In this document: positions 50,102 through 58,743 of the stretch, one piece after another | Layout: each line of letters starts with the position of its first letter | Numbering within the stretch: position 1 is the stretch's first letter | Assembly: GCA_037200045.1 (NCBI GenBank) | Contig: JBBCHM010000002.1 | Span: 669,241 to 733,240, forward strand | Direction: 5' to 3' | Length of the DNA: 64,000 nucleotides | From: Rhizomicrobium sp. | GTDB lineage: Bacteria; Pseudomonadota; Alphaproteobacteria; Micropepsales; Micropepsaceae | Notes under the pieces: model-generated | Database searches by the model: none | Seen by the model: only the letters and a program-made list of their open reading frames with translations | Told to the model about the DNA's origin: nothing | Translations under genes and position numbers: made by a program

Positions 50102-50881
50102 TTAGCCGGCGGTATAGCCACCATCTACATATAGCGTCTGGCCGGTCATAAAGGCCGAGGCGGGCGAGGCCAGGAACACCAGCGCCCCCAAAAGGTCGCC
50201 CACTTCGCCCAACCGGCCGACGGCGATCCGGCGCTTGATACCGTCATACAAGTCGGGCTGCAGCCGGATCAGATCGCGGTTGAGGTCGGTCACGATGACC
50301 GTCGCCCCCAGCGTGTTGACCGTGATGCCGTCCCCGGCCACCTCGAAGGCCAGGGAGGCGCCAAAATTCGCCAGCGCCGCCTTGCTCGCGCAATAGGGCG
50401 TGCGGTTGGCCATGCCGCGGCCGGACAGAACCGAGCCCATATTGATGACGCGGCCATACTTGTTCCGGGCCATCACCGGCACGAAGGCGCGCGCGCACAG
50501 GAACGCGCCGGTCACGTTGACATCGACGATGCGGCGCCATTCCTCCACCGAAAGTTCGGTCATCAGCTTCGGCGCGGTGACGCCGGCATTGTTGAAGAGA
50601 ATGTCGGCCCGGCCGAACCCCGCCTGCACCTTCTCCGCGACCAGGTTCACGGCCGCCTCGTCGGTCACATCGGCTTCCACGATAACGGCGCGCCGGCCTG
50701 CGCCCGTCACGGCTTGCGCAGCGCGTTCCAATTTTGCGCGGTCGCGGGCTACGAGCGCCACGTCGGCGCCGGCCTGGGCAAAGGCGCGCGCGGCGGCCGA
50801 GCCGATACCGCCGCCGGCACCCGTCACGACGGCAACCCGACCGTCGAGCCGGAAACTGTCGAGGATCGAGGTCTCGGACAT
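50102..50881 (-). CDS. SDR family oxidoreductase
   Basis: TGAGGGIG, NNAG, YCASK, MTGQTLYVDGG. Confidence 0.92.
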   Translation of the reverse strand: MSETSILDSFRLDGRVAVVTGAGGGIGSAAARAFAQAGADVALVARDRAKLERAAQAVTGAGRRAVIVEADVTDEAAVNLVAEKVQAGFGRADILFNNAGVTAPKLMTELSVEEWRRIVDVNVTGAFLCARAFVPVMARNKYGRVINMGSVLSGRGMANRTPYCASKAALANFGASLAFEVAGDGITVNTLGATVIVTDLNRDLIRLQPDLYDGIKRRIAVGRLGEVGDLLGALVFLASPASAFMTGQTLYVDGGYTAG

Positions 50882-50885
50882 CGGC

Positions 50886-51065
50886 CTAGTCCTTCTTCAA
50901 GTCGAGCGGCATATGAAGCTCGATGAGCGCGCGAATGCGCTCGCGCAGATGTTCGTACTGGCCGGCAAGCAGGCCGTCGTCGCATCGGCACAGATGCTCG
51001 GCCTTTTCCAGCATGGCGCGCAAAATCGTCAGGTCATCGGCGCTCTTTTGTTGCGCGTGCACCAT
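50886..51065 (-). CDS. 59-aa small hypothetical protein (not in ORF track)
   Basis: GGAG RBS; MVHAQQKSADDLTILRAMLEKAEHLCRCDDGLLAGQYEHLRERIRALIELHMPLDLKKD-stop; fills the gap between the ligase and SDR genes. Confidence 0.65.
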   Translation of the reverse strand: MVHAQQKSADDLTILRAMLEKAEHLCRCDDGLLAGQYEHLRERIRALIELHMPLDLKKD

Positions 51066-51076
51066 GCGCGTACTCC

Positions 51077-52459
51077 TTACAATTTGTAGCCCTGCTGGCG
51101 TTCGTCGCTCCAGCGCCTCGCCTTATAAGCGAATTCCGGCAGTTCCGAGCGCGCCACTTCGCGCAGGGTCATCCACACATTGGTGCGCTGCTTGATCGCG
51201 GCGCGAATCTCCTCGAGCCGTTCCGCGCCGCCCGCGGCGAAAGCGATGAGCACCTCGACATCGGTCTTGCCGTCCGGGGTCGTGAACACGCGGCCGGCAT
51301 ATTCGACAACCTCGGGAAACGCGAAAACCGCGGCGTCGACCGCGCTCGGCCACACGTTGTTTCCGCGGATCTTCAACATGTCGTCGAAGCGGCCGATCGT
51401 GCCGCATTCGATGGCGTTCCAGCAGAGCCCGCCGCCGGCATCGCGGTAAGAAACAAAGCGTGCCGCATCGCCGGTCCGGAAGCGGATGACCGGCGTGCCT
51501 TCGATCGACAGATTGGTGACGACCATCTCGCCGGCCTCGCCGGACGCGACGGGACGCATGGTCTGCGGATCGACGACCTCGGTCAGGGTTTCCCATTCGA
51601 ACATCCGCATCAATCCGCGGGCACCGCCGCGCGTGACGGCGCCGCGATCGAGCGTCGATGCGGAGAACCCGGCGCATTGCGTGCTGCCATAGCCTTCCTG
51701 CAGACCGCAGCCCCAATGTTCTTCGATCTTCTGCGCCCACTCGACCGGGTAACCTTCCGCCGCGATGAACAGGCCATGCATGTCCGGAAACGCCTCGCGC
51801 GGGACAATGCCACGGCGCAGCAGCGCGTCGGTCAGGGTGTGAAGATAGTTGGTGGACGCGTAGATGAAATTCAGACCGCCCAGCCGCAGCATCAGATCGA
51901 TCTTGGCATCGGTCGACATATTGCCGCCGGGATGAAAGCCGGTCGCCCCGATGATGCGCAGCCCTTCGCCCGGCCCCCAGCCGCCCGTGGTCATCCCGCC
52001 GGCCGGCACGCAGTTCAGCACGGTGTCGCCCCGGCGCAGACCCGCCAGGTGCCAGGCGAGCGCATGCAGATAGCCCAGCATGTGCACGTCGCGCTGGCTG
52101 CGGCCATAAATCTCCTGCCCCTGCCCGGAAGTGCCGCCCGTCAGATTGACGAGGGCAACATCCGTGCGCGGAATGCCGAGCCGCGTGCCGAAAGGCGGCG
52201 CGGCCTGCTGGTCGGCCAGGAAATCGGCCTTCGACGATGTCGGAAAGCGCTGCGCAAACGCTTCGAGCGTTTCGATATCGTCCGGACGCAGCCCGACGGA
52301 CTGCATCTTCTGTCGGTAATAGGCGCTCGAATCGTAAAGGCGCGCGACCTGGCGGCGCACCTTCACCAATTGAAGGCCTTCAAGCTCGTCGCGCGACAGC
52401 GCGGCGAGCCTGGCCAGATACGGCGAATCCTCATATGGATTTTTCATGCCCGTGCGCAC
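51077..52459 (-). CDS. Phenylacetate-CoA ligase (PaaK)-family acyl-CoA ligase
   Basis: FPTSSKAD, LTGGTSG, QEGYGSTQ, PVIRFRTGD, GRFDDMLKIRGNNVWP. Confidence 0.88.
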   Translation of the reverse strand: MRTGMKNPYEDSPYLARLAALSRDELEGLQLVKVRRQVARLYDSSAYYRQKMQSVGLRPDDIETLEAFAQRFPTSSKADFLADQQAAPPFGTRLGIPRTDVALVNLTGGTSGQGQEIYGRSQRDVHMLGYLHALAWHLAGLRRGDTVLNCVPAGGMTTGGWGPGEGLRIIGATGFHPGGNMSTDAKIDLMLRLGGLNFIYASTNYLHTLTDALLRRGIVPREAFPDMHGLFIAAEGYPVEWAQKIEEHWGCGLQEGYGSTQCAGFSASTLDRGAVTRGGARGLMRMFEWETLTEVVDPQTMRPVASGEAGEMVVTNLSIEGTPVIRFRTGDAARFVSYRDAGGGLCWNAIECGTIGRFDDMLKIRGNNVWPSAVDAAVFAFPEVVEYAGRVFTTPDGKTDVEVLIAFAAGGAERLEEIRAAIKQRTNVWMTLREVARSELPEFAYKARRWSDERQQGYKL

Positions 52460-52477
52460 GCTGTCCTCACCGTCGAC

Positions 52478-52891
52478 CTAGGAAGATGCCGGCACGAAGA
52501 GCGGGAGCGTCACGCTGTCCGTCACGTCGCGGAATATCACGCGTACCGGCGTCTCCGCCCGAACGTCCGACGGATCGCACTCGACGATGTTCGATACGAT
52601 CCGCACGCCTTCATCCAGCTCGATGATCGCGACGACATACGGCACGTCGGACGCATAGACATCTTTCGGCACCGGGTGGCGCACGACGATCCAGCTGAAA
52701 ACCTTGCCACGCCCGGACGCTTCCAGCCAGCGTACGGCGTCCGAACGGCAATGCGAGCAGAACGTCGTGGGGGGAAAGCGATTGCGGCCGCAATTGCCGC
52801 ATTGCTGGATCAGCAATTTGTGTCGTCGCGTCCCTTCCCAGAAGGGCGCGCTCTCGGGATCGGGGACCGGCAACGGCTTGGCATATGTCAT
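52478..52891 (-). CDS. DUF35 Zn-ribbon/OB-fold protein
   Basis: PFWEG, CGNCG...CSHC, GKVFSW, PYVVAIIELDEG. Confidence 0.92.
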   Translation of the reverse strand: MTYAKPLPVPDPESAPFWEGTRRHKLLIQQCGNCGRNRFPPTTFCSHCRSDAVRWLEASGRGKVFSWIVVRHPVPKDVYASDVPYVVAIIELDEGVRIVSNIVECDPSDVRAETPVRVIFRDVTDSVTLPLFVPASS

Positions 52892-52894
52892 GGA

Positions 52895-54052
52895 TCAATT
52901 CCGCAAAATCATCGCGCTGCCGCAGGTCATCGCGCCGGCGGTGGTAAGGCCGATCCTGGCATCGGGCACCTGGCGAGGCCCAGCCTCGCCGCGCAATTGC
53001 TGCACCGCCTCGATGACGTGGTTCAGACCGTGAATATAGCCTTCCGACAGCAATCCGCCGGCGGTGTTGAGCGGAAGCTCGCCGCCGCGCGCGATGCGGC
53101 CGCCCTGCACATAGGCGCCGCCTTCGCCTTCCTTGCAGAAGCCGAGGCCTTCCAGCGCCATGATCACGCTGTAGGTGAAACAGTCGTAGATCTCGGCGAA
53201 ATCGACGTCGCGCTGCGTGACGCCGGCGCTGCGCCACAGATCGTCGGCGATGTATTTGGCGAAGTTGTGGGATTGATCGGGCCAGCGGATCGCATCGAAC
53301 AGATCCTCGCCCTGGTCCGGCCCGCCGCCATAGGCACCGCCCATGATGTAGACCGGCTTCTTCTTCATGTCGCGCGCGCGTTCCGTGCCGGTGATCAGCA
53401 CGGCGCAGGCGCCGTCGGTTTCCAGGCAGATATCGAGCATGCGGAACGGCTCGACGATCATGCGCGAGTCGAGATAGTCGGCCATGGTGATCGGTTGGCG
53501 CTGCATGGCGCGCGGATTGCGCGTTGCGTTTTCCCGAAAAGTGACCGCGATCTCGCCGAGCTGTTCGGGCGCCGTGCCATATTTGATGATGTGCCGGCGG
53601 CACCACATCGCCATGGCCTGCGGATAGGTGATCCAGCCGAAGGGCGCGGTGTATTGCGTGATTCCATGCGCGGAAAGATCGCGACCACCGCCCAGCCGGA
53701 AGCCGGAACGTCCGTTCATCGCGCGAAAGCACAGCACGTTGCGGGCAAGTCCGGCTTCGATCGCCGCCGTCGCGGCCAGGGTGATGAGATTGGCGGCGTT
53801 GCCGCCGCTCAGATAGTCGACGGCATAGCCGGCATTATCGAGGCCGAGTTCGGTGGCAACCGCCATCGCCGGCGCGGAATCGTTGAAGTGGAAGCTGATG
53901 ACGCCGTCGATGTCGGCCGCTTCAAGGCCGGCGTCGGCGATCGCCTTCAGGCACGCTTCGGACGCCAGGCTGCGGACGGTGCGTCCCGACTTCTTGGAGA
54001 AATCCGTCCAGCCGATTCCTGCGATCGCGTATTTGTCGCGTAGGCTCCACAT
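52895..54052 (-). CDS. Ltp2-like (SCP-x thiolase-fold) aldolase
   Basis: AIAGIGWTDFSKKSGR, CLETDG, IYDCFT, NTAGGLLSEGYIHG; no thiolase nucleophile Cys (DYLSGGNAA). Confidence 0.87.
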   Translation of the reverse strand: MWSLRDKYAIAGIGWTDFSKKSGRTVRSLASEACLKAIADAGLEAADIDGVISFHFNDSAPAMAVATELGLDNAGYAVDYLSGGNAANLITLAATAAIEAGLARNVLCFRAMNGRSGFRLGGGRDLSAHGITQYTAPFGWITYPQAMAMWCRRHIIKYGTAPEQLGEIAVTFRENATRNPRAMQRQPITMADYLDSRMIVEPFRMLDICLETDGACAVLITGTERARDMKKKPVYIMGGAYGGGPDQGEDLFDAIRWPDQSHNFAKYIADDLWRSAGVTQRDVDFAEIYDCFTYSVIMALEGLGFCKEGEGGAYVQGGRIARGGELPLNTAGGLLSEGYIHGLNHVIEAVQQLRGEAGPRQVPDARIGLTTAGAMTCGSAMILRN

Positions 54053-54055
54053 GGC

Positions 54056-54847
54056 TCAACCCTTGTCGTAATCCGGTTTGCGTTTTTCCTTGAAGGCGAT
54101 CAGACCTTCGGCCGCGTCGGGATGCGTCGTCGCATAATCATGGACGATCCTGATCTCCTGCTTCAGTCCCGATGCCTGATCCGTCTTCAGCGTCAGATTG
54201 GCGAGCCGTTTCGCGGTCGCCATGCCCGTGCGGCTCTTTTCAAGCAACCCGTCCACCAGCGCATCCACGCCGCCGTCGAGTTCGGCCGCTGGAAATACGC
54301 GGCACAGCAGGCCGATGCGATGGGCTTCCGCCGCCGGCAGCAATTCGCCCGTCAGCATGAGATATTTGGCCATCTGCAAGCCGACCGCGCGCGGCAGGCG
54401 CTGCGATCCGCCGGCGCCGGGCAATTGGCCGAAATTGAGATGTCCGTCGCCGATGGAAGCCGTGTCGGCCGCCACGGCCAGATCGCAGGCGAGCAAGAGT
54501 TCAAGGCCGCCGGCGACACACACACCATTGATGGCGGCAATGTAGATCTTTGGCGAAGCCTCGATCGTGTCGAGAAGATCGTGGAATTTCGACAGGAAGT
54601 CTTGGAAACGTTCTGGGGATTTGTAGAGTCCCAAATAGCCTTCCAGATCTCCGCCCGCCGAAAAGCTTCGGCCACTTCCCGTGATCACGACGACGCCAAT
54701 GTCGTTCCGCGCCTCGATTTCCGAAACTGCGGCACGCAACTTCCCAATAGTTGCCCAATCAAGAGGATTCAGCTTGGAAGGTCTGTTCAGGGTGACCCGG
54801 GCACGGCCTGGTGCAAAAGAGATAAGGACTTCGTTTTCCGTGCTCAC
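54056..54847 (-). CDS. Enoyl-CoA hydratase/isomerase family protein
   Basis: TLNRPSKLN, FSAGGDL, AAINGVCVAGGLE, LPGAGG; GTG 54847 chosen (ORF track start 54919). Confidence 0.9.
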   Translation of the reverse strand: MSTENEVLISFAPGRARVTLNRPSKLNPLDWATIGKLRAAVSEIEARNDIGVVVITGSGRSFSAGGDLEGYLGLYKSPERFQDFLSKFHDLLDTIEASPKIYIAAINGVCVAGGLELLLACDLAVAADTASIGDGHLNFGQLPGAGGSQRLPRAVGLQMAKYLMLTGELLPAAEAHRIGLLCRVFPAAELDGGVDALVDGLLEKSRTGMATAKRLANLTLKTDQASGLKQEIRIVHDYATTHPDAAEGLIAFKEKRKPDYDKG

Positions 54848-54873
54848 CAGCTCATCCGCTGCCGTATTGTCCG

Positions 54874-54887
54874 TTTGTCCGACAGTT
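54874..54887. promoter_or_regulatory. FadR-type operator copy 3 (TTTGTCCGACAGTT)
   Basis: In the crotonase/fadR divergent promoter; reverse complement AACTGTCGGACAAA matches copy 2. Confidence 0.7.
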
Positions 54888-54942
54888 GCATTGTAAGCAG
54901 CGCAGGGGATATCCATCAAGGGAAATCTGAGAGATTCCGCTC

Positions 54943-55722
54943 ATGGCAGTAATCGAGACCAAGCAGGAAAGTGGGCTGGTGCCACTGGAACGGGCGCCGA
55001 CCTATCGCTTGGTTCATGACGCCATCGAACGCGAGATCCTGGCGGGGCGCCTGAAGATCGGCGATCCGTTGCCGGCGGAATTGCAGTTGGCCGAGCGTTT
55101 CAAGGTTAACCGCTCCACGGTGCGCGAGGGCATCCGCCTTCTTGAGAAAAGCGGGTTGGTGGAGCGCAAGGGCGGAAAGCGCCCCCGGATCGCCGCGCCG
55201 CGCTATCGCGACCTGGCCTCGGCCGCGAGCCGCGCGCTGATCCTGCATGCCGTTACCTTTCGCGAATTGTGGGAGGCCTCGATGGTCATCGAGCCGTCGA
55301 CGGCGGAATTCGCGGCGCGAAACATCACCGAGGCCGACATTGCGAAGCTTTCGGCCAACATCGCCGAGATGGAGGAGAGCGTCGAGCGTCTGGAAACCGG
55401 GCTGGAAGACAAGCCGGACGGGTTCGTGGACCTGGACCGGAAATTTCACGAATTGCTGGTCAACGCGACCGGCAATCGCGTCCTGATCCTGGCGCATGAG
55501 CCTGTCACCACCCTGTTCATTCCGGCCGGACGTCTCATACTTCCGCGCCTGAAGACCTATCGCCGCGTGCTCGACGCGCATCGGCATATTTTCGACTTCC
55601 TCAAGAAGCGCGATCCCGAAGGCGCGGGCAAATGGATGCACCGGCATATGGACGATTTCCGCCGTGGCTACGAATTGACCGGGCTGGATTTCGATACGCC
55701 GCTCGAGATGGTCAACGTCTGA
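54943..55722 (+). CDS. FadR/GntR family transcriptional regulator
   Basis: GDPLPAELQLAERFKVNRSTVREGI HTH; FCD with DRKFHELL...ATGN. Confidence 0.92.
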   Translation: MAVIETKQESGLVPLERAPTYRLVHDAIEREILAGRLKIGDPLPAELQLAERFKVNRSTVREGIRLLEKSGLVERKGGKRPRIAAPRYRDLASAASRALILHAVTFRELWEASMVIEPSTAEFAARNITEADIAKLSANIAEMEESVERLETGLEDKPDGFVDLDRKFHELLVNATGNRVLILAHEPVTTLFIPAGRLILPRLKTYRRVLDAHRHIFDFLKKRDPEGAGKWMHRHMDDFRRGYELTGLDFDTPLEMVNV

Positions 55723-55728
55723 TCCGGC

Positions 55729-56655
55729 TCAGCCCCGCCAGCCTTCCAGCGTCGCGATATCGAGCGCGTCGATCGCGGCGCGCACTTGTTTCTGCTGCGC
55801 CGCCGGAAGCTCGGCGCGCGGTTTGCGCGGATAGCCGCCGGGCAGGCCGAGATCTATGAGCGCGCCCTTGGTCGCCCGGATCCCGCCATTGGCATAGATG
55901 AGTCCGTGCAGCCGCACGATCTTTCCGTAGGCGCGCATGACGCCCTCCAAATCGTTGGCGGCATAGGCGCGGACCAGCGACATGCACAGATGCGGCGCCA
56001 GATTGCCTTCCGAGCACAGATAGCCCTGCCCGCCGAGCGCCCAGCCGACCAAGGCCTGAACCGGCCCGCCGACAAAAACGCCCACGCGCCCGCGCGTAGC
56101 GTCGACGATGTCGGCGAGATAGCGCAGATCCTGATGGCTGCAATTGACCTCGATGATGTGCGGATAGGTCTCGAGCAGACGCGAAATGGTTTCCACCGGC
56201 ACGCGGTAGCCGACCGACTGGTGGGTGGAGATCACGACGGGAAGATCGGTCGATTCCAGCGCTTCGGTCAGATAGCTGGCGACCTCCTCCTGCAAAGGCG
56301 GGTGGCCGTGGCCCACGTCGAGCGAATAGATTTGCGCGGCATCGACGCCGGCGGCTTTGCAGAGCGCCAGGAATTCCACCATCTGACGGGGCGTGCGGGG
56401 CTCCACGCCCATCGCGCGCACGGGCACCTTGCCCTTCAATTCCTCCACGCCGATGTCCAATAGGCGGCGGGTCTCCGCCGGGGTCAACGTGTAGCCCTCG
56501 CCGCTGCCGCTCCCACCGATATAGACGCCGATTCCGGCGGCGGCCAACCGGCGCAGATGCCCGCGGAAGCCGGCTTCATCGATATGGCCGTCCCGGTCGA
56601 ACGGCGTGATGGAAATCACGAAAGCGGCAGGCGGTCGCGCGGTGGTGTTCGACAT
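55729..56655 (-). CDS. DapA/DHDPS-fold protein lacking canonical catalytic residues
   Basis: ITPFDRDGHID, GSGSGEG, KGKVPV, G.PRKP fold motifs; HIIEVNCS where DapA has NIxGIKES. Confidence 0.85.
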   Translation of the reverse strand: MSNTTARPPAAFVISITPFDRDGHIDEAGFRGHLRRLAAAGIGVYIGGSGSGEGYTLTPAETRRLLDIGVEELKGKVPVRAMGVEPRTPRQMVEFLALCKAAGVDAAQIYSLDVGHGHPPLQEEVASYLTEALESTDLPVVISTHQSVGYRVPVETISRLLETYPHIIEVNCSHQDLRYLADIVDATRGRVGVFVGGPVQALVGWALGGQGYLCSEGNLAPHLCMSLVRAYAANDLEGVMRAYGKIVRLHGLIYANGGIRATKGALIDLGLPGGYPRKPRAELPAAQQKQVRAAIDALDIATLEGWRG

Positions 56656-56729
56656 CCGATTTCCCTCTCTGGCTCTTTTCTGCGGAATTCCGGGATTTGT
56701 GTCCTCCCGTGCACAATCATTTTGACCGA

Positions 56730-56740
56730 CTGTCAGACAG
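56730..56740. promoter_or_regulatory. FadR-type operator copy 4 (CTGTCAGACAG)
   Basis: Perfect 5-1-5 palindrome in the dapA-like/OYE divergent promoter. Confidence 0.7.
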
Positions 56741-56769
56741 AATGCTAGTGCTTTTGCCGGAGCCGGCAC

Positions 56770-58734
56770 ATGACCACGACCTCACTTCTCAATTCTCCGA
56801 TCCGCATCGGGGCGATGACCGCCCCCAACCGGATCATGATGGCGACGCACGGGCCGCGCCTGCCGCAGGCACGCTACCTAGGCTATCTGGAGGCCCGGGC
56901 GGCGGGTGGGGTCGGTCTCTTCGGCTTCAACGTCGGGGCGCTGGGGATTTCGCCGTTTCCCTTCGGACCGGGGCGGACAGCGCCGCCCTTTGCCGCCGAG
57001 CCCGACGCCGTCCCACCACACCCCCGCACGGCCGAGGGCCGCACTTTCTATGACGGCCAGATCGGCACCTACCGCGTGTGGAGCGACGCCGTTCATCGCC
57101 ATGGCGCCAAGTCGATCGGCCAGCTCTATCATCCGGGCGCTGCCCGCCATGCCGACAACTATCAGCCGGCCGTCGGACCGTCGGCGGTTGCCGACGAACT
57201 CGAGGGCAATGTTCCGCGCGCCCTCACCCGCAAGGATATCGCCGATCTGACTCAGGCCTATGCCTTGGGAGCGCGGCGGGCGCTGGAGGCGCGCTGCGAC
57301 GGGCTGGAACTACATGCCGCGCACGGATACCTGCTGCACGAATTTCTGTCGCCGCTCTTCAACCAGCGCGACGACATCTATGGCGGCACGCTGGAGAACC
57401 GGCTCCGGCTCGTTCTGGAGATCCTGGCCGCGGTCCGCGACGCCATCGACGACGCCTGCCCCGTCGGCCTGCGATTGACAGGGCCCGACAATGCCGAGGG
57501 CGGCCTCAGCCTCGAAGATATCGTCCATGTCGCGACGCGCGCGACGCAATCGGGCGCCGCCTATATCAGCATTTCCGCCGGGACCTATGCCGGCCTTCTG
57601 GGCGGGAAGAACCTGCCCTATGTCGCACCTGGCTTCGTGAGGTCGCCGCCGAACGTCGCCGCAGCCGCCGCCGTCCGGCGCGCCGTTGCCGTTCCGGTCA
57701 TCGTCACCGGCCGTATCGTCGATCTCGCCATTGCCGAAGACATCGTGCGGTCCGAAGCAGCCGACGTTGTCGGCATCGTGCGCGGGCTGATCGCCGAGCC
57801 GCGCCTGGCCGCCAAGCATTTCCAGAAGTCCGACGAGCTTCCGACCCCGTGCATCGCCTGCAATGAATGCCACACCGGACAGATGGTGGCGTGCCCCACC
57901 AATCCGTCGATCGGCTGGGAGGTACTCGGCATGCCGAAGGCGGCCGAAAAAGCGCTGCGCGTGCTGGTGATCGGCGCGGGCCCCGCCGGTATCCAATGCG
58001 CGTTGACCGCCGCCGAACGGGGACACCCTGTCGAACTCGTCGAACGCGACGGCGAGATCGGCGGGCTGACCGCGCTTCTGGCGCGAAGCACCGAACAGGC
58101 GGATTACGCAGCCTATCTGCGCTATGCCACCACGATGCTCGGCCGGCGCGGCGTCAACCTTCGGCTGAACACTGAAGCGGATGCCGCGCTGATCGTGCAG
58201 CTCTCGCCGGATGTCGTGGTGCTGGCGACAGGCGCCGTGCGTGCATCCCGGCCGGGATATACCGATCCGGTGGCTGCGATGAACACGCCCGCCCTATCGG
58301 GCCGCCATGTCGTGGTCGACGGCGGCGTCGGCAAGCACCTTCCCCCGCTCATCTGCGCCAACCGGCTGGCCGAAATGGGATGCCGCGTCACGCTGGTCAC
58401 CCAATCCGCGGCACCGGGCGAAAAAGTCGAGGCGGCTAGCCGCATCGCGCTTCTGGCGTCGCTGAGCGCGCGAGGCGTCGCCATCGTTCCCGGCACACGC
58501 GCGGGCGCGTTCGAAAATCGGGCGCTGAGCCTTCGGAACGTCTGGACAGGCGCGACGACGAACCTTGCCGACATCGATGCCGTCGTCTGTGCCGACAATC
58601 GCTTTCCCGGCGCGGCGCTCGAGAGGGCGGTGCGCGACCTTGGACTTCCGGTCCATGTCATCGGCGACGCGCTGGCGCCGCGGCGCATGCTGCATGCCTC
58701 GCTGGACGGTGCGCGGCTGGGCAACACCCTATGA
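56770..58734 (+). CDS. Large OYE-family NADH:flavin oxidoreductase (FMN barrel + Fe-S + FAD)
   Basis: PNRIMM, ELHAAHGYLLHEFLSP, NQRDDIYGG, CIACNEC...CPTNP, VIGAGPAG, GDA. Confidence 0.9.
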   Translation: MTTTSLLNSPIRIGAMTAPNRIMMATHGPRLPQARYLGYLEARAAGGVGLFGFNVGALGISPFPFGPGRTAPPFAAEPDAVPPHPRTAEGRTFYDGQIGTYRVWSDAVHRHGAKSIGQLYHPGAARHADNYQPAVGPSAVADELEGNVPRALTRKDIADLTQAYALGARRALEARCDGLELHAAHGYLLHEFLSPLFNQRDDIYGGTLENRLRLVLEILAAVRDAIDDACPVGLRLTGPDNAEGGLSLEDIVHVATRATQSGAAYISISAGTYAGLLGGKNLPYVAPGFVRSPPNVAAAAAVRRAVAVPVIVTGRIVDLAIAEDIVRSEAADVVGIVRGLIAEPRLAAKHFQKSDELPTPCIACNECHTGQMVACPTNPSIGWEVLGMPKAAEKALRVLVIGAGPAGIQCALTAAERGHPVELVERDGEIGGLTALLARSTEQADYAAYLRYATTMLGRRGVNLRLNTEADAALIVQLSPDVVVLATGAVRASRPGYTDPVAAMNTPALSGRHVVVDGGVGKHLPPLICANRLAEMGCRVTLVTQSAAPGEKVEAASRIALLASLSARGVAIVPGTRAGAFENRALSLRNVWTGATTNLADIDAVVCADNRFPGAALERAVRDLGLPVHVIGDALAPRRMLHASLDGARLGNTL

Positions 58735-58743
58735 GCGAAATGC

